Shown one piece after another: positions 32,017-44,600 of a DNA stretch of 64,000 nt. Positions within the stretch are counted from its first letter, which is position 1. Every line of letters starts with the position of its first letter. The notes under the pieces are model-generated. The model searched no databases. It was not told where the DNA came from and saw only the letters and a list, made by a program, of their open reading frames with translations. A program made the translations under genes and the position numbers. Source of the stretch: the human T2T-CHM13v2.0 reference genome, Homo sapiens; NCBI RefSeq assembly GCF_009914755.1, contig NC_060930.1. One strand, given 5' to 3'.

Positions 32017-34102
32017 GGTTGCAATTTTACCATTCCACCAACAAGCATCAAGGTTCCTGTTTCTTCACATCCTCACCAAAAGTTGTTATTATCTGGAACA
32101 GAACTGTTTTGAATGAAAATATAAACTCATTAAAACAGAAAAATTCCAATTATATTATGTTATATGCATTTAAGGTGGCCCATATATCAGTCACGTGATA
32201 TTAGAACTTAAAGCTGAATGCCACTTTGTAGCTCTGTGTACAAAACAGCTCATTGGAGTCTAATGATCTTATCATTAATGTTCACCAGGTGGTTGGGAAA
32301 TGCAGGTTTTCTTTTATGTCTAATTGAGAGAGTTAAAGTGTGAAATGATTATATGTATAAAACTGTTGAAAGTTAAATCTATTTCTGACATACAATTAAA
32401 TATAATTGAAACAGGACAAATTGAATAACAAAATTAAATTTACAAAACAGGATATGAATGGAAATTATCATATGTATGCTGCTTTGTAGGATATTTGGGT
32501 GGTGCATTGGCATGAGGGCCAGAGCCCTGTATTTGTACTTACTTGGCATGGTTCCCACCTGCCCAGGCTTGCCTCCTGTACTTCCCTACATTGGCATATC
32601 AAAGGAGTTCGCGAGACATTCTCCAGCCAGCACCCTGCGCAGAGAGGATTTCTTTTTCTTTTTTTTTTGTTTTCTGAAGCACGGAGTTTAATGTGGTTAG
32701 GAAGCAAAATACAATCTAAGACTCAGACTTGCTTTTAATGAATCCAGGAGACCTGACAATGATACATTATAAAAAACAAAAATAAAAATCTGACAATACC
32801 CCCCAACTTGTCAGTGGCTTCCCATAGCCCATGATTGGGTTGAGTGAGTCTCAGTGCATAGGAAGCAGTGCAGTGGTCTTTGTGGCCTGACCTCCGCCCA
32901 CACCTTCAGCTTCAGCTGCTACCGCTCTCTGAGTACTGAAGTTTTTATAGTTCCCTGAGGGCGCACACTGTGACACTCCTGCATTCTCTGCTAGTGTTTA
33001 GTTTCCTTTGCTGGGAGTACCTTTCCCTCTCTGCAAGACTCAATTTACGCACCACCTCCCCCAGGAAGCATTACAGATCCCCCAAGGCTCTACTAGGTCC
33101 CAGACATGGCATTAGTCTGGGTGCTTTGTTTACCATGCTGAACAAAAACAGAAAAAGTCCCTGGTCTAGTGGAGCTTATATTTTATCTAAGAGAGGGACT
33201 AAACAAGAAATATAGAAATGTCACCTCTTTTGCATAGTAGAAGGTGCCAGGTCTAGGAAATACAAAGATAGTTAAGCAGAATAATGAGAATGGGAAATGT
33301 AGGGGATGAGAAAGGTGGAATGCTACATTCAATAAGGTAGGTGGGTGGGCCTCACCTTCTAGACAGCCTTAAAAAGGATGAGGGAATCTGTGATATGGCT
33401 AAATCTAGGGAAAGAGCTTTCCAGGCAGAGCAAACAGACAGCCAAAGAGATTACTCTATTGTGAGAGTCTCCATGTTAAACAAATAAAATTCCATCCATA
33501 AAGGAAGTTGATAGGTTGGTTTTCCAAAGTATCCTTTCTATAGACCAATATGTACATATTTCCATTTCAATTTTTGAAATCTAAAAAGAAGTTCCAAGAC
33601 AAATCTCTCCTTTGCCCTCTTCCCTCCCCACACCCCTGCACAATGCACATTTTGTGGACTATTAATAGTCTAGAATTCCTAATCAGAAATTACTGTACAC
33701 CTAAGTTGCACAGATCATATTGTCTTCTTTCTCCAACAAAAGATCTGGATTTGCCTGTAAAATATATGCCCCGTAATAGTTTTATATTTCCAGAGGGCCA
33801 GTTCTGCCTCTGCTCTTCCTTCTCTGAGTCATTTGCCTTTATGTCCCGTCTTCTCTCAGTTTTTAATCTTTCCACATTATTGCCTATTGGTGTTTTCTGG
33901 TTGATCTTTTGTGCTAAATTCTAAATGCCATTGTGTGAATTCTTCCTCCTATTTGATAAACCAGAGTGAAGACCTGTTCTAAGATCTTCATCTTCTCTTC
34001 AGTGGCTTGCATTAAATCTGTACATTCCTGGAACTTCCCCTTCCCCAGGAAGAAATCTAGCACAGGCCTTGCACAGCATTTTAAGAATCTTTACCACTCC
34101 TG

Positions 34103-34742
34103 AGCCAGGCGTGGTGGCCCATGCCTATAATCCCAGCACTTTGGGAGGCCAAGGCGGGCGGATCACGAGGTCAGGAGATCGAGACCATCCTGGCTAACAC
34201 AGTGAAATGCCATCTCTACTAAAAATACAAAAAAATTAGCCAGACGTGGTGATGGGGCCCTGTAGTCCCAGCTACTCAGGAGGCTGAGGCGGGAGAATGG
34301 CGTGAACCCAGGAGGTAGAGGTGAAGGTTACGGTGAGCTGAGATCGCACCACTGCACTCCAGCCTGGGCAACACAGCGAGACTCTGTCTCAAAAAACAAA
34401 ACAAACAAACAAAAAAACCCAACAAACTACTCCTTGCTGGGTGTGGTGGCTCACAGCTGTAATCCCAGCACTTGGGAGGCCAAGGCAGGTGGATCACCTG
34501 AGGTCTGGAGTTTGAGACCAGCCTGGCCAACCATGGCCAACATGGTAAAATCCCATCTCTATTAAAAGTAGAAAAATTAGCTGGGTGCAGTGGCAGGCAC
34601 CTGTAATCCCAGCTACTTGGGAGGCTGAGGCAGGAGAATCACTTGAACCTGAGAGGCAGAGGTTGCAAGTGAGCCAAGATTATGCCACTTCACTCCAGCC
34701 TGGGTGACAGAGTAAGACTCCATCTCAAAAAAAAAAAAAAAA
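34103..34742 (+). mobile_element. AluY-like (34103-34425) followed by AluS (34435-34742)
   Basis: Y-type diagnostics gagatcgagaccatcctggctaacac and gaatggcgtgaaccc in the first element. Confidence 0.9.
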
Positions 34743-35559
34743 GGAATGTTTACTGCTCCCATATTTACTGATTTGATTTGGATTTTGGAAATATCTTGAC
34801 CACTAAAATTAAAAAAAATAATTTTGCTATATTACCTGCTGGTTTTCACTATTTTTTAAGTAACATGATTTTTCATGTCGTTATTATATATTTTTAGGTG
34901 ATTATGGAAGTAAATGCTAGGAATATTTTTATTCCTCTAGAGCTTCTTGCTCTAACAACATAATAATCTAAGTTAAAGAACTGGCTCAAGACTTGTAAAT
35001 GTGTATTTTTTTGGATTAAAAATCTTTTTTTTTCCATTTTTCTTGTATCTCTTTTTATTTCCATATATTAAAACTTTAAGTGCCAGATGTATATAATCTT
35101 TTTTTTTTTTAATTTCCTGAATGTCACACATCCTGCGATTTCTTCACAAGCTGCGTTTGTTAAATAGGAGATGATGGAAGGTTTGTTATCCCCGCCCCCA
35201 CCCACCAACATAGTCATTTAATGCTCATCAGTGATAATTGCTGTGTGAATTTAGTTGATTTGTGCTTGCTTCGCTGTCAGTCTTTGGTTTTATGGATCTA
35301 GGAAGGACATATAAATGTACCTTTGCATTTTAGAGAAAGTTTTATTTTATCCTATATCCTGTGTTACATCACTATATCTTAATTGTGGATTTTTTGGTTC
35401 ACTTTGCTCGTTCATTTAAATTTTTTATCAAAGTAATAATTGTATAGTTTAAAAATCAAAATAATATTTACAATGCTTACACACAAAAAAATAGCATTTT
35501 TGTCACTCCGTCTCTCACTAGTTCTTGTCAGCTCTTCTCATCCCTCCCCACCTGTGAGG

Positions 35560-35826
35560 GTTAAGCTACACTTTGGTTAGTCCAAGCACACTTTCCAGTA
35601 TGCTTACCATGTTATGACTTATCTCCTCTATACACGAGTAGGAAAATTATCAGTAATAGTGGTTTCTAGAGTAGTACTTGAGGAGGGTAACGGGTGGCGT
35701 GTGCATGCTTCATGGCCTTATTCAATCAAGCACTCTACTCTTGATTTACTGCTAAATCCTCCTTGAATCTTTAGATTTCCTAAAGGCTATCATGAGATTT
35801 TCTGGATATAGAAAATGTAGCCCATT
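35560..35826 (-). pseudogene. NUMT: 3' part of mitochondrial 12S rRNA plus 5' end of tRNA-Val
   Basis: Reverse complement reads AATGGGCTACATTTTC...GGATTTAGCAGTAAA...GAGTAGAGTGCTT...ACCCTCCTCAAGTA...AGAGGAGATAAGTCATAACATGGTAAGCATACTGGAAAGTGTGCTTGGACTAAC-CAAAGTGTAGCTTAAC, colinear with the MT-RNR1 3' end and MT-TV start. Confidence 0.93.
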
Positions 35827-36979
35827 AGTCTCTGTCAGCTTCATTACCAGGGTTTTTTTGTGTGTATGTTGCTTAGATCCATATTTTTATATAAGATAAT
35901 TATTCTGGTATTTCTAGATTTTTTCATTCTTACCTTTTATTGACTATGGAAGAAAAGGATCTAGCCTGCAAATACTGTAGCATCTCAACATAGTGATGTC
36001 AAATACTACTAAAAATTTAGTTGTCTTCAAAAGGAAAGATTTTATTCATTCTAACATATAATGAAAGTTCAGTATTTTAGAAAATAAAAGTCTGACTTTT
36101 CATAATAGGTTGCCAGGGAACTACACCGAAGGCAAAATACTGGAGCCAGTAGGTGGTTATGTGTTTAATTTTAAGAGGATAACAACATTAACAAATTCCA
36201 TTTGGCAACAGCGTTAAAATTGCACCTGGGAAAATCTTCATTACTCTTATCTTGCAGCAGTCACTGAAGGAGTTTGGTTGTTTTTATAGGTGCAGGGGTG
36301 AAAGTTTAGCTCCACTTCAAGGAACAAAGGTGCTAAAGAGAAACTATTCTGAGAATCATAGATTTGCATGAAAAACCTCACAAAAGAAAAATAGTAATTG
36401 CCTCAGCATGAGAGATGGAACATATTTTAAGATAATTGGAGACTGTTTTATATGTGCCCTCATTGGTTTATTTTTGATTTCATGTATGTACTTTGTTTCT
36501 ATCGCTTCATTTTTTTTTCTTAATGTATTCTAAATAATGTAAAACCCTTCTGAGGATCTTATTGCTACTTGTGAAATTACCTTTCTCTGTATCATTGGAT
36601 GTAATTTTTTTGTCAGTCAGTCTTACAAGAAAAAAGTATCTTAGCAAAGGCTATTATATTTTATCAATCTGACATCAGTGAAAATCCTAAAAGTACATTT
36701 TGTGTAAATTCAAATACACTGTAACAATTTCCCTTAAGTGAATATTTTAAAGCTGTTTCTTTTTTTGTATACTTAACGTTTACAGAAATTATCTTTTTTC
36801 CTTTGTATTTTTCTTCATTCATATCTATAAAATTTACATTTTGGCTTCTAACTTAGCTGAAATGCTTGCTATTAGTCATTTTCTTGCTAAGTGTGGTCAG
36901 AAGTGGTATAGTTGAAGATGTCCCATAATTTGGTGAACACGTGAGGTTACAAACTCAACTTTTGCTTCTCTTTTGAAAG

Positions 36980-37109
36980 GCCCTGAGACGGGAGTTAAAG
37001 GAGAAAGAATATTCTGTCCTGAATGCTGTCGACCAGGCCCGAGTTTTCTTGGCTGATCAGCCAATTGAGGCCCCTGAAGAACCAAGAAGAAACCTACAAT
37101 CAAAAACAG
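36980..37109 (+). CDS. UTRN: Utrophin internal coding exon (paralogous to DMD exon 58), 130 nt, phase 0 to 1
   Basis: ttttgaaag|GCCCTGAGA...AAAACAG|gtgaga; [43 protein letters not shown](E); in frame with neighbours; not shown in the + strand ORF track. Confidence 0.96.
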
Positions 37110-37408
37110 GTGAGACTGGTTTCTCCACTACATCATAAAAACACATGCTAGGAGAACAAAAAACCCAAAATCAAGTAGGAAATTTCCTTACAGCATTTTA
37201 GGATCTAATATTTAAATCTTTTCTTCTAAGTGTTACTTTATTCAAATATGTCATTAATTCACAGATATCTAGATTCTTAAATTAAGAAAATAAACTTTTT
37301 GTATACCTCAATATCAATTTTAAAGGAAATTAACTGCAGAAAAAATAGATTGTCTAAAAAGTGTACTGTAACTATAAAAGTAATTTCTATAAGAAATAAA
37401 AATTTATA

Positions 37409-37900
37409 TTATATTTAAACAAGTTACATGATAAATAATTGCAAGTAGTAGAAAGTTATTAAAATATAATAAATATACAAAATATTTCAAGGTCTATAAG
37501 TAAGATTACTTTTGATAATGACACACCAAAGTCCTTTCTTTTACAAGCAGACAACATTTCTTTAATTTAAAAATAATACCCTGTGTGTTTATTTACTTTG
37601 GCTTAAAATTTAAATAATAACTACCTTACTAGCAAATTTACTAGCAAAAAATATATATTTCTTATATTTAAACATGTTATGTGATAAATAATTGCAAGTA
37701 GAAGACATTTATTAAAATATAATAGTAAATATATAAAATATTTAAATATCTATATGTAAGGTTACTTTTAAAAATGAGAGACCAAATACTTTTCTTTTAC
37801 AAGCAGACAACATTTGTTTAATTTAAAAATAACCTGTAACATTTATATACTTTAGCTTAAAATTGAAATAGTAACTACCCTACTAACAAATAGCAATATA
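37409..37900. repeat. Diverged tandem duplication, period 253 bp
   Basis: ttatatttaaac at 37409 and 37662; shared tgataaataattgcaagtag and tttcttttacaagcagacaacattt. Confidence 0.9.
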
Positions 37901-38472
37901 TCACATAGTAAACTTAAGAGAAAATGTGTAATGAATTCTGGGTCCAATATATATCTGTATTGTGATTTTTCACTGCTGACAATAAAATCATTCTGATGCA
38001 TTTTTAAAAATAAACATGCCATTCAAAATCGTTTTTCATCATTCACTTCACATAGTAACAGCAAACCTGAAAGATTGCCTCATGCTGTGTCCAGCAGTGT
38101 AAATCATGAACATTTATTACTTGTAAGGGAAGCATAGTTAGAAAATGCTTTCTTTGACTATAACTGGAACTGGATCAGACATATGGACAGGTAGCCGTTT
38201 TCCTACTGAATCTTACTCAAGGAACCTTCTTCAGTCCGAATAAATTTCCCATCAAGACCATAATCTTTTTGACTCTCTGAAACTAGTTGTATATATGTGT
38301 GTGTGTATATACACACATGTACACACACACACAGCACACTTAACTTGTCTAGCATTTCTTTTTGTTTTCTGCTGGTGGTAACACTGTCTTTCCAGTTAGC
38401 CTCCTACAAAGCTAAGTCATTGTTGAGTCTTCCACTTTTCACCAAATCCAGTGGTCTACAAATCACTCATAA

Positions 38473-38805
<333 letters not shown>

Positions 38806-38831
38806 TGAAGAATTATTCCTTTTGAGTACTC

Positions 38832-38836
<5 letters not shown>

Positions 38837-38870
<34 letters not shown>

Positions 38871-38965
38871 TATATATACACACACACATATATATATATA
38901 TACACATATATATATATATAAAAAATGTATACACACACACGTACATACTCATGTGCACACACATA
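38837..38965. repeat. Compound (TA)n/(CA)n microsatellite
   Basis: Seen directly. Confidence 0.9.
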
Positions 38966-39249
38966 CTGCCATTAATTCCACATTCTCAGCCTTTTGTGTG
39001 TAGACTTAGAATAGTTTTAGGCAGAATCTGTTGCTACTTTTGGTAGCATTGGTCCCATTGCATTGTTCTGTCATCTGTGTGCAACACGTAGTATTTGCCC
39101 ATATATTCTCTCTCTTCCACTTTAGTCTACTACTGATAAGTAAATCTTATCATGTAATCATATTCGTGTTTCTCCCCTGATTATACATCTTTCTTGACTT
39201 TCCATTGCATACTGAAAAAAAATCTTGGCCTCCAGCATGACATTTATTG

Positions 39250-39615
39250 TTTCATTTTATGTCATGTTATGTTATGTTATGTTATGTTATGTTATGTTAT
39301 GTTATGTTATGTTATGTTATGTTATGTTATGTTATGTTATTTTGAGACAGGGTTTTGCTCTGTTGTCCAGGCTGGAGTGTAGTGGTGAAATCACGGCCCA
39401 CTGCACATCAACGTCCCAGGATCAAGTGATCAATCCTCCCACCTCAGCCTACTGAGTAGCTGAGACTACCACAGACTATCTTTTTTAAAAGTTTTTGTAG
39501 AGATGGAATCTCATTGTGTTGCCTAGGTTGGTCATGAACTCCTGGGCTCAAGCCATCTTCCCATTTTGGTCTCCAAAAGTGCTGAGAATACAGCCATGAG
39601 CCACCGTGCCCAGCC
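39250..39615 (-). mobile_element. AluJ whose tail is the pentamer repeat
   Basis: Alu body from 39341; TSD agcatgacatttatt / agcataatatttatt. Confidence 0.85.
39266..39340. repeat. (GTTAT)15 pentanucleotide repeat
   Basis: 75 nt of perfect GTTAT. Confidence 0.95.
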
Positions 39616-39849
39616 TAGCATAATATTTATTTTAAAAATCTTTGGATCATCACCTTGAATGCAAACATGCAGCAATTAGGCATATAATTGAGACTACTGA
39701 TTAAAGCACACAAATGTGATTTCTGTGCACATATGTTGCACTCTGAAGATATCATTTGCTGAGCTTAGGGCTATTTTGAATATAGCACATTTGATCAAAT
39801 GGAACACAATCCTTGTACATTACTGCCATTTGGAAAACATACTGCTTTT

Positions 39850-40138
39850 GGCCGGACGCGGTGGCTTACACTTGTAATCCCAGGACTTTGGGAGGCCGAG
39901 GCAGGCGGATCATGAGGTCAGGAGATGGAGACCATCCTGGCTAACACGGTGAAACCCCGTCTCTACTAAAATACAAAAAATTAGCCAGGTGTGGTGGTGC
40001 ATGCCTGCAGTCCCAGCTACTCAGGAGGCTGAGGCAGGGGAATCGCTTGAACCCGGGAGGCAGAGATTGCAGTTAGCTGAGATAGCAACCCAGCCTGGTG
40101 ACAGAGTGAAACTCCATCTCAAAAAAAAAAACAAAAAA
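39850..40138 (+). mobile_element. AluSc8/Y-like
   Basis: ggccggacgcggtggc...accatcctggctaacacggtg. Confidence 0.9.
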
Positions 40139-40779
40139 CTTTGTAATTGAAGCCCTCCTGATTTTTCAACAAATTTTTTACTACCATTTTTATAGTTCCA
40201 TAGCCAATCTATACTATCTACTTCCTTGAATGATTTTGGAACTGTCTTGTCATGGATGTGCTACCTTCCCTTCTTCCATCTTTTGAAGTTCTTTCAAAAG
40301 AACATTTTAAGGCTTGCTTATGTCCTTCATATACAATATTAGAATGGTTAAGAGCCTTAGAGATGAACTAGTCCAAGGCTATTCACTTAACAGATGAGAA
40401 AACTGAGGTCCATCGAGGAAAAATGAACTGCTCAGGTCTCAGCCCAGTCCTGTTGGATATCTAACATATGCAGCTATTGTTTGTATTGATTTTCAGATGT
40501 TAAAATTTTCTTACTTGCCCTAAGTTGAGGAATCCAGTTTTGAGCATTTTATAACCTATGCAATGCCTGTATATATCAGGTACTCAATAAAAGTTTGATG
40601 AAGAGTACATGACTACCTGAGTAAATAAGAGGTATAAAGAAATTCATTTATTTATTATTCTGACTTCATATACAACCTATTACAAGAACATTTTTATGAG
40701 CTAGATGCTTAACAATGATTCCTCTCTCACCCCTCCCCTGGCCGCCATCACCATATTTAACAACAAGGAAAATGAGCCC

Positions 40780-40844
40780 AGATGTCTCATGTACCCCGTA
40801 AATATATATACACTTACTGTGTACCCACAAAAATTTTCAAAAAA
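40780..40844 (+). mobile_element. Severely 5'-truncated L1 (L1MA-like 3' terminus)
   Basis: tctcatgtaccccgtaaatatatatacac..atgtacccacaaaaatt-like terminus; imperfect TSD aaggaaaatgagcc / aaggaaacaagcc. Confidence 0.7.
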
Positions 40845-41059
40845 GGAAACAAGCCGAAACTGTAGAGAATTCTTTGAAAGAGTTGAACTCATCAGTACTT
40901 GCTTTTCCTCACAATCTTGAGTCTATAAAGAATAACTGTAGATGGGAGAAACTGATATTATCAGCAGTAGAGTAATTGGATTATTGATTTTTAAGATGAA
41001 ATGGAAATAAACCCCAACTTTTCTAGAATGAGCACTCAACATTTACGAAATTCCTTTCC

Positions 41060-41665
41060 TATATCTGTCAAGAAGCCCCTGCCCCCTCCCGTCACCCTGA
41101 GTCCATTCTTCCATCAGTCTTTGCATCTTACCTCATGCTCCTCCGTCTTCTGGGTTGCTCGGGCTAAAATCCACTGGGCCGCTCTTGGCTCCTTTGTCCT
41201 TTTGTCACCCAAATCCATTCTGTCAGCAAGTCCTGTCATCACTACATTCAAAAGGTACCTAGAATATGATCCTTTATCACCACGTCTACTATGCTTTCCT
41301 GGTCTAAGCCCCCACTACCCCTTGGATGATTGCAGGTTCCTTCAACTCATCTGCCTGCTCTGCCTTTGCTCCCTTATTAGAGATTTCCAACACAATAGCT
41401 GTAAGGACCATTTGAATATATAAGTCATGTCATGTGACTCAGAGAAGTCAGATTCTTATAATGGCTCACAGACTGTATGCCAGGGGGTGCCATGTTACAT
41501 TTCTGACCTGGTCTCTTATTATTGTCCCTTTCGTTCCACTCCCTGTAGATGTAAGCTCCTTGAAGACAGAGGGTTATTTTTTTTTCACTGCTGTATTTTG
41601 TAATATTTAGAATACTATCTGGCACATAGTAAGTGCTTATTACATAGTGTTTGAAAGAATACGCA
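41060..41665 (+). mobile_element. LINE-2 fragments
   Basis: atccattctgtcagcaagtcctgtc; tgtaagctccttgaagacag...ggcacatagtaagtgct. Confidence 0.65.
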
Positions 41666-44600
41666 TGAGCTGAGCACTGTCCAAGATGGATAAAGAAGTA
41701 TAACGCATGTTCCTGAGGTTTCAATTTAGTGGGAGATCAAAACTAGCACAGAGCGTGAGAAAGCAAGCAATGTAAAAGTGTCCGTAGTCATGCACTCAGT
41801 TGTGTCCTGAGGATTCTAAGTGATGCGGGCATTCCAGGAGAGAAGGACTCTGAGGGTCAGAGTGGAGAGAGGTTGATTCCTGAGCTAGTCTTAGGGGTAT
41901 GGACAGGTAGGAAGTGATTAAGTTCGGGAAAGAGGAATGGCCATGCTGGGGACAGAATCCTTAGCAGAACAGCTCAGCCATAAGGAAAGAGCAGCTGTAT
42001 TTTGGGGAGTCAGTAGACAGCCTGGCCTGGTTGCCAGAGTCTTGTGCCTGGACGGCAGATGGGGATGAGATGGTTGTATGTGCTGAATGGTTCAGAGGAC
42101 CTGGAAAGGTCCTACAGAGGACCTGGAAAGTCAGGCAGAACATTGTAACTTCATACAACAAGAAAGAAGGTGCTAGTACAGTTTTGTTTTTTTAAGCTTG
42201 GGGAAAAAAATAAGAAGTTCACTTGTCTCATCTTATCCAATTTAAAATCTACCTTCAGTCAGCTTTTCTTGTCTCCTTTCTTCCCTAGGACTTTGCGAAG
42301 TTTATAAAAAGCTACTTTAAAGCAGTACAAAGTGTTACATCACTAAAACGCCACATTATTCTGGACTCTTCTCAGTGGTCAGTCATTTAAGGGTTAAAAC
42401 GATATTGTATAATTTAAAAAAAAGTTTCATGAACATTCTAGTCATGCGTCATTCATAGTGTTGGTGAGGAAGTCATTTGGGCACACATGTTTCAAATCCC
42501 TAATAAAATGTCTAGAAAGATACACAGAAAAAAAAAATACTGGTTTTTGAGTTCTTATTTTACTGTGACATTCAGGATGTTTTAAGCTCCATGTTTTTAA
42601 TACTACATTTGGGGGGACAAGAAAAAAAGAAGTCATGTCAATTTAACTTTATGGTTTTTTTTGTTGTTGTTTGTTTATGATTAGCAATTTTCATACTGCC
42701 TCCTTTCCTGATACTATTTTCTATAACAATGGCTGGTTTTACTTGTTAAAAATAAATCGAAGAAAACTATCCATAATAGCTTTTATACTTTTGTTGTTTA
42801 CCATGACTTATGTACATCTGCTATTAGAAGTAGCAAGCATTTGAACATTAGTTATCCTGTTTGATGCCGAAGTACTCAATGTTGGAGAGGTTAGATCAGG
42901 AAGAAATCAAGTGATTTTTTTCGGTTCTATTTAATAAGCATTTTGTGAGTATGTGATGTGTACCATGCTATAAGGACATACCAAGATGGAGTCACCTCTT
43001 TTCTTTTAGGTAACCATTCTAGAAAACACTTTCCTCCATGATTTTTATCTCCAATGCCTTTTTTTCTTCCAGTTCCTTTAAATTTTTTCCATTACTAATT
43101 ATCTTATACTGTTGTATGTATTTTTAAGTATTTAAAAATCACTATTAATTGACCATTCCACATTAGTTTCCTCCATACCAATCTTATGCTAGGCCTATTT
43201 CAATATATTCTTAATTGGCATTTCTCCATTAACATAAATCCTAAAATGATAAACCTAAAGCACAAACCTGGCATGAGGTTTCCTGGAGATAAAAACTGCC
43301 CGTAGTGCATGCCATGGGATCTGAGCTCCTCCACCTGGCACAGAAGGCTGCACAGCAATTTGTCCTCAGCTTTTCCATCCGGCCCCACCTTGTGCCTCTC
43401 TTCACTCCACTCTTGAGGTTTGCTGGGAGCCAGGCTCCTCACTACATTCTGCAGGTAGTGGTCTTCCTTGCCTTTGCCCCATTGCCCATCCCAGTTTTCT
43501 GCCTGTAGGTCCTCTGACCTGATTTCCAACGCTTGCCTCATTTGCCCACGCAGCTGCTGGTCATCCTGCCGGCTCTGCTGGGGCTTTGTGTCTTCCTGGA
43601 CGCTTTCCCTTCCCGAGCTCTCTGCCATGATTCCCTGGCACCCTGTGGTCTCTCTCACTGTGTTTTCCAATGTCTGTGTCTGAAGCTTGGCCCTTCCCTC
43701 TTTTTTTAGTGATTACCCTCATTGATGGAGAGTCTGAAAGAGTGTAAAAAAATGATCTGAGCAGCCAGGATAGAGATTGTATGGAAAACATAGTGCAGAT
43801 CCTTTTCTTAGATCATGGGAAAGCCACTGAAGTACTTCTCAGAGGTATTAACTTCTGCTGTAGACACTGGTGCGACTGTATGAACTTGATGTCCGGTGAG
43901 TGATGGGTAAGTAGCAAAATGAAGTGACAGGACAGGGACAAAGATTAATGGTAAGAAATGACTCCAGCTGTCTGACAGCAATGAGGAGAAAGAAATGATA
44001 AAAAGATATGCAAGAATCCTAAAATAAAACAAAACGAGGTAGTCTTTGGGACTTTCAACAGTAAAAGAAAACTGAAGCTGTGAATTATGGTGTGTGTATT
44101 TCTGAAGACAGAATATAAATCAGTTAAGAGAAGGCATAGGAATTTATATTATATTTTAGTAAATTTTCTTCCAAAATGGTAACCATAAAAAAATAGGGCT
44201 AAATGGGTAAAATGTAGCTCTTTGGAAAACTCAACTACTCAGATTTCTGCTTATAAATGGCTATTAAGTAAATATGATTTTTAGCTGAACTAAAATTATC
44301 TGAATCCTTGTAGAAATTTTACCAAGTTCACAACTTTGTCAGTAGTCCCTGACTTTTGTTTGAGCAATATGGAAATACTTAATTTCATTTAATTTGTATC
44401 ATGTCAATGTATACTTTTTCCTTTTAATGCAATTGAACTGTTTTTTTTTTATTTTAATCCCTAGTTTGTATGTGTTAGAAAGTATCACAGTACAACAATC
44501 TCTCATCCTTTGCATTGTTCTTTGTACTTTCCAAGCAACTTTCATATTCATTCTCCTGTCTATCCCAATGAGTTGAGCCGATCATACAGTATGATTTTTT

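Noticed and set aside
35560-35576. Functional tRNA-Val or rRNA gene
   Set aside because: Only about 16 nt of tRNA and a partial, mutated 12S; pseudogenic
42092-42130. Short direct repeats (cagaggacctggaaag x2; also ttttggttacaa x2 near 5700 and cttaaagag x3 near 57114)
   Set aside because: Ordinary slippage-type micro-duplications with no supporting context
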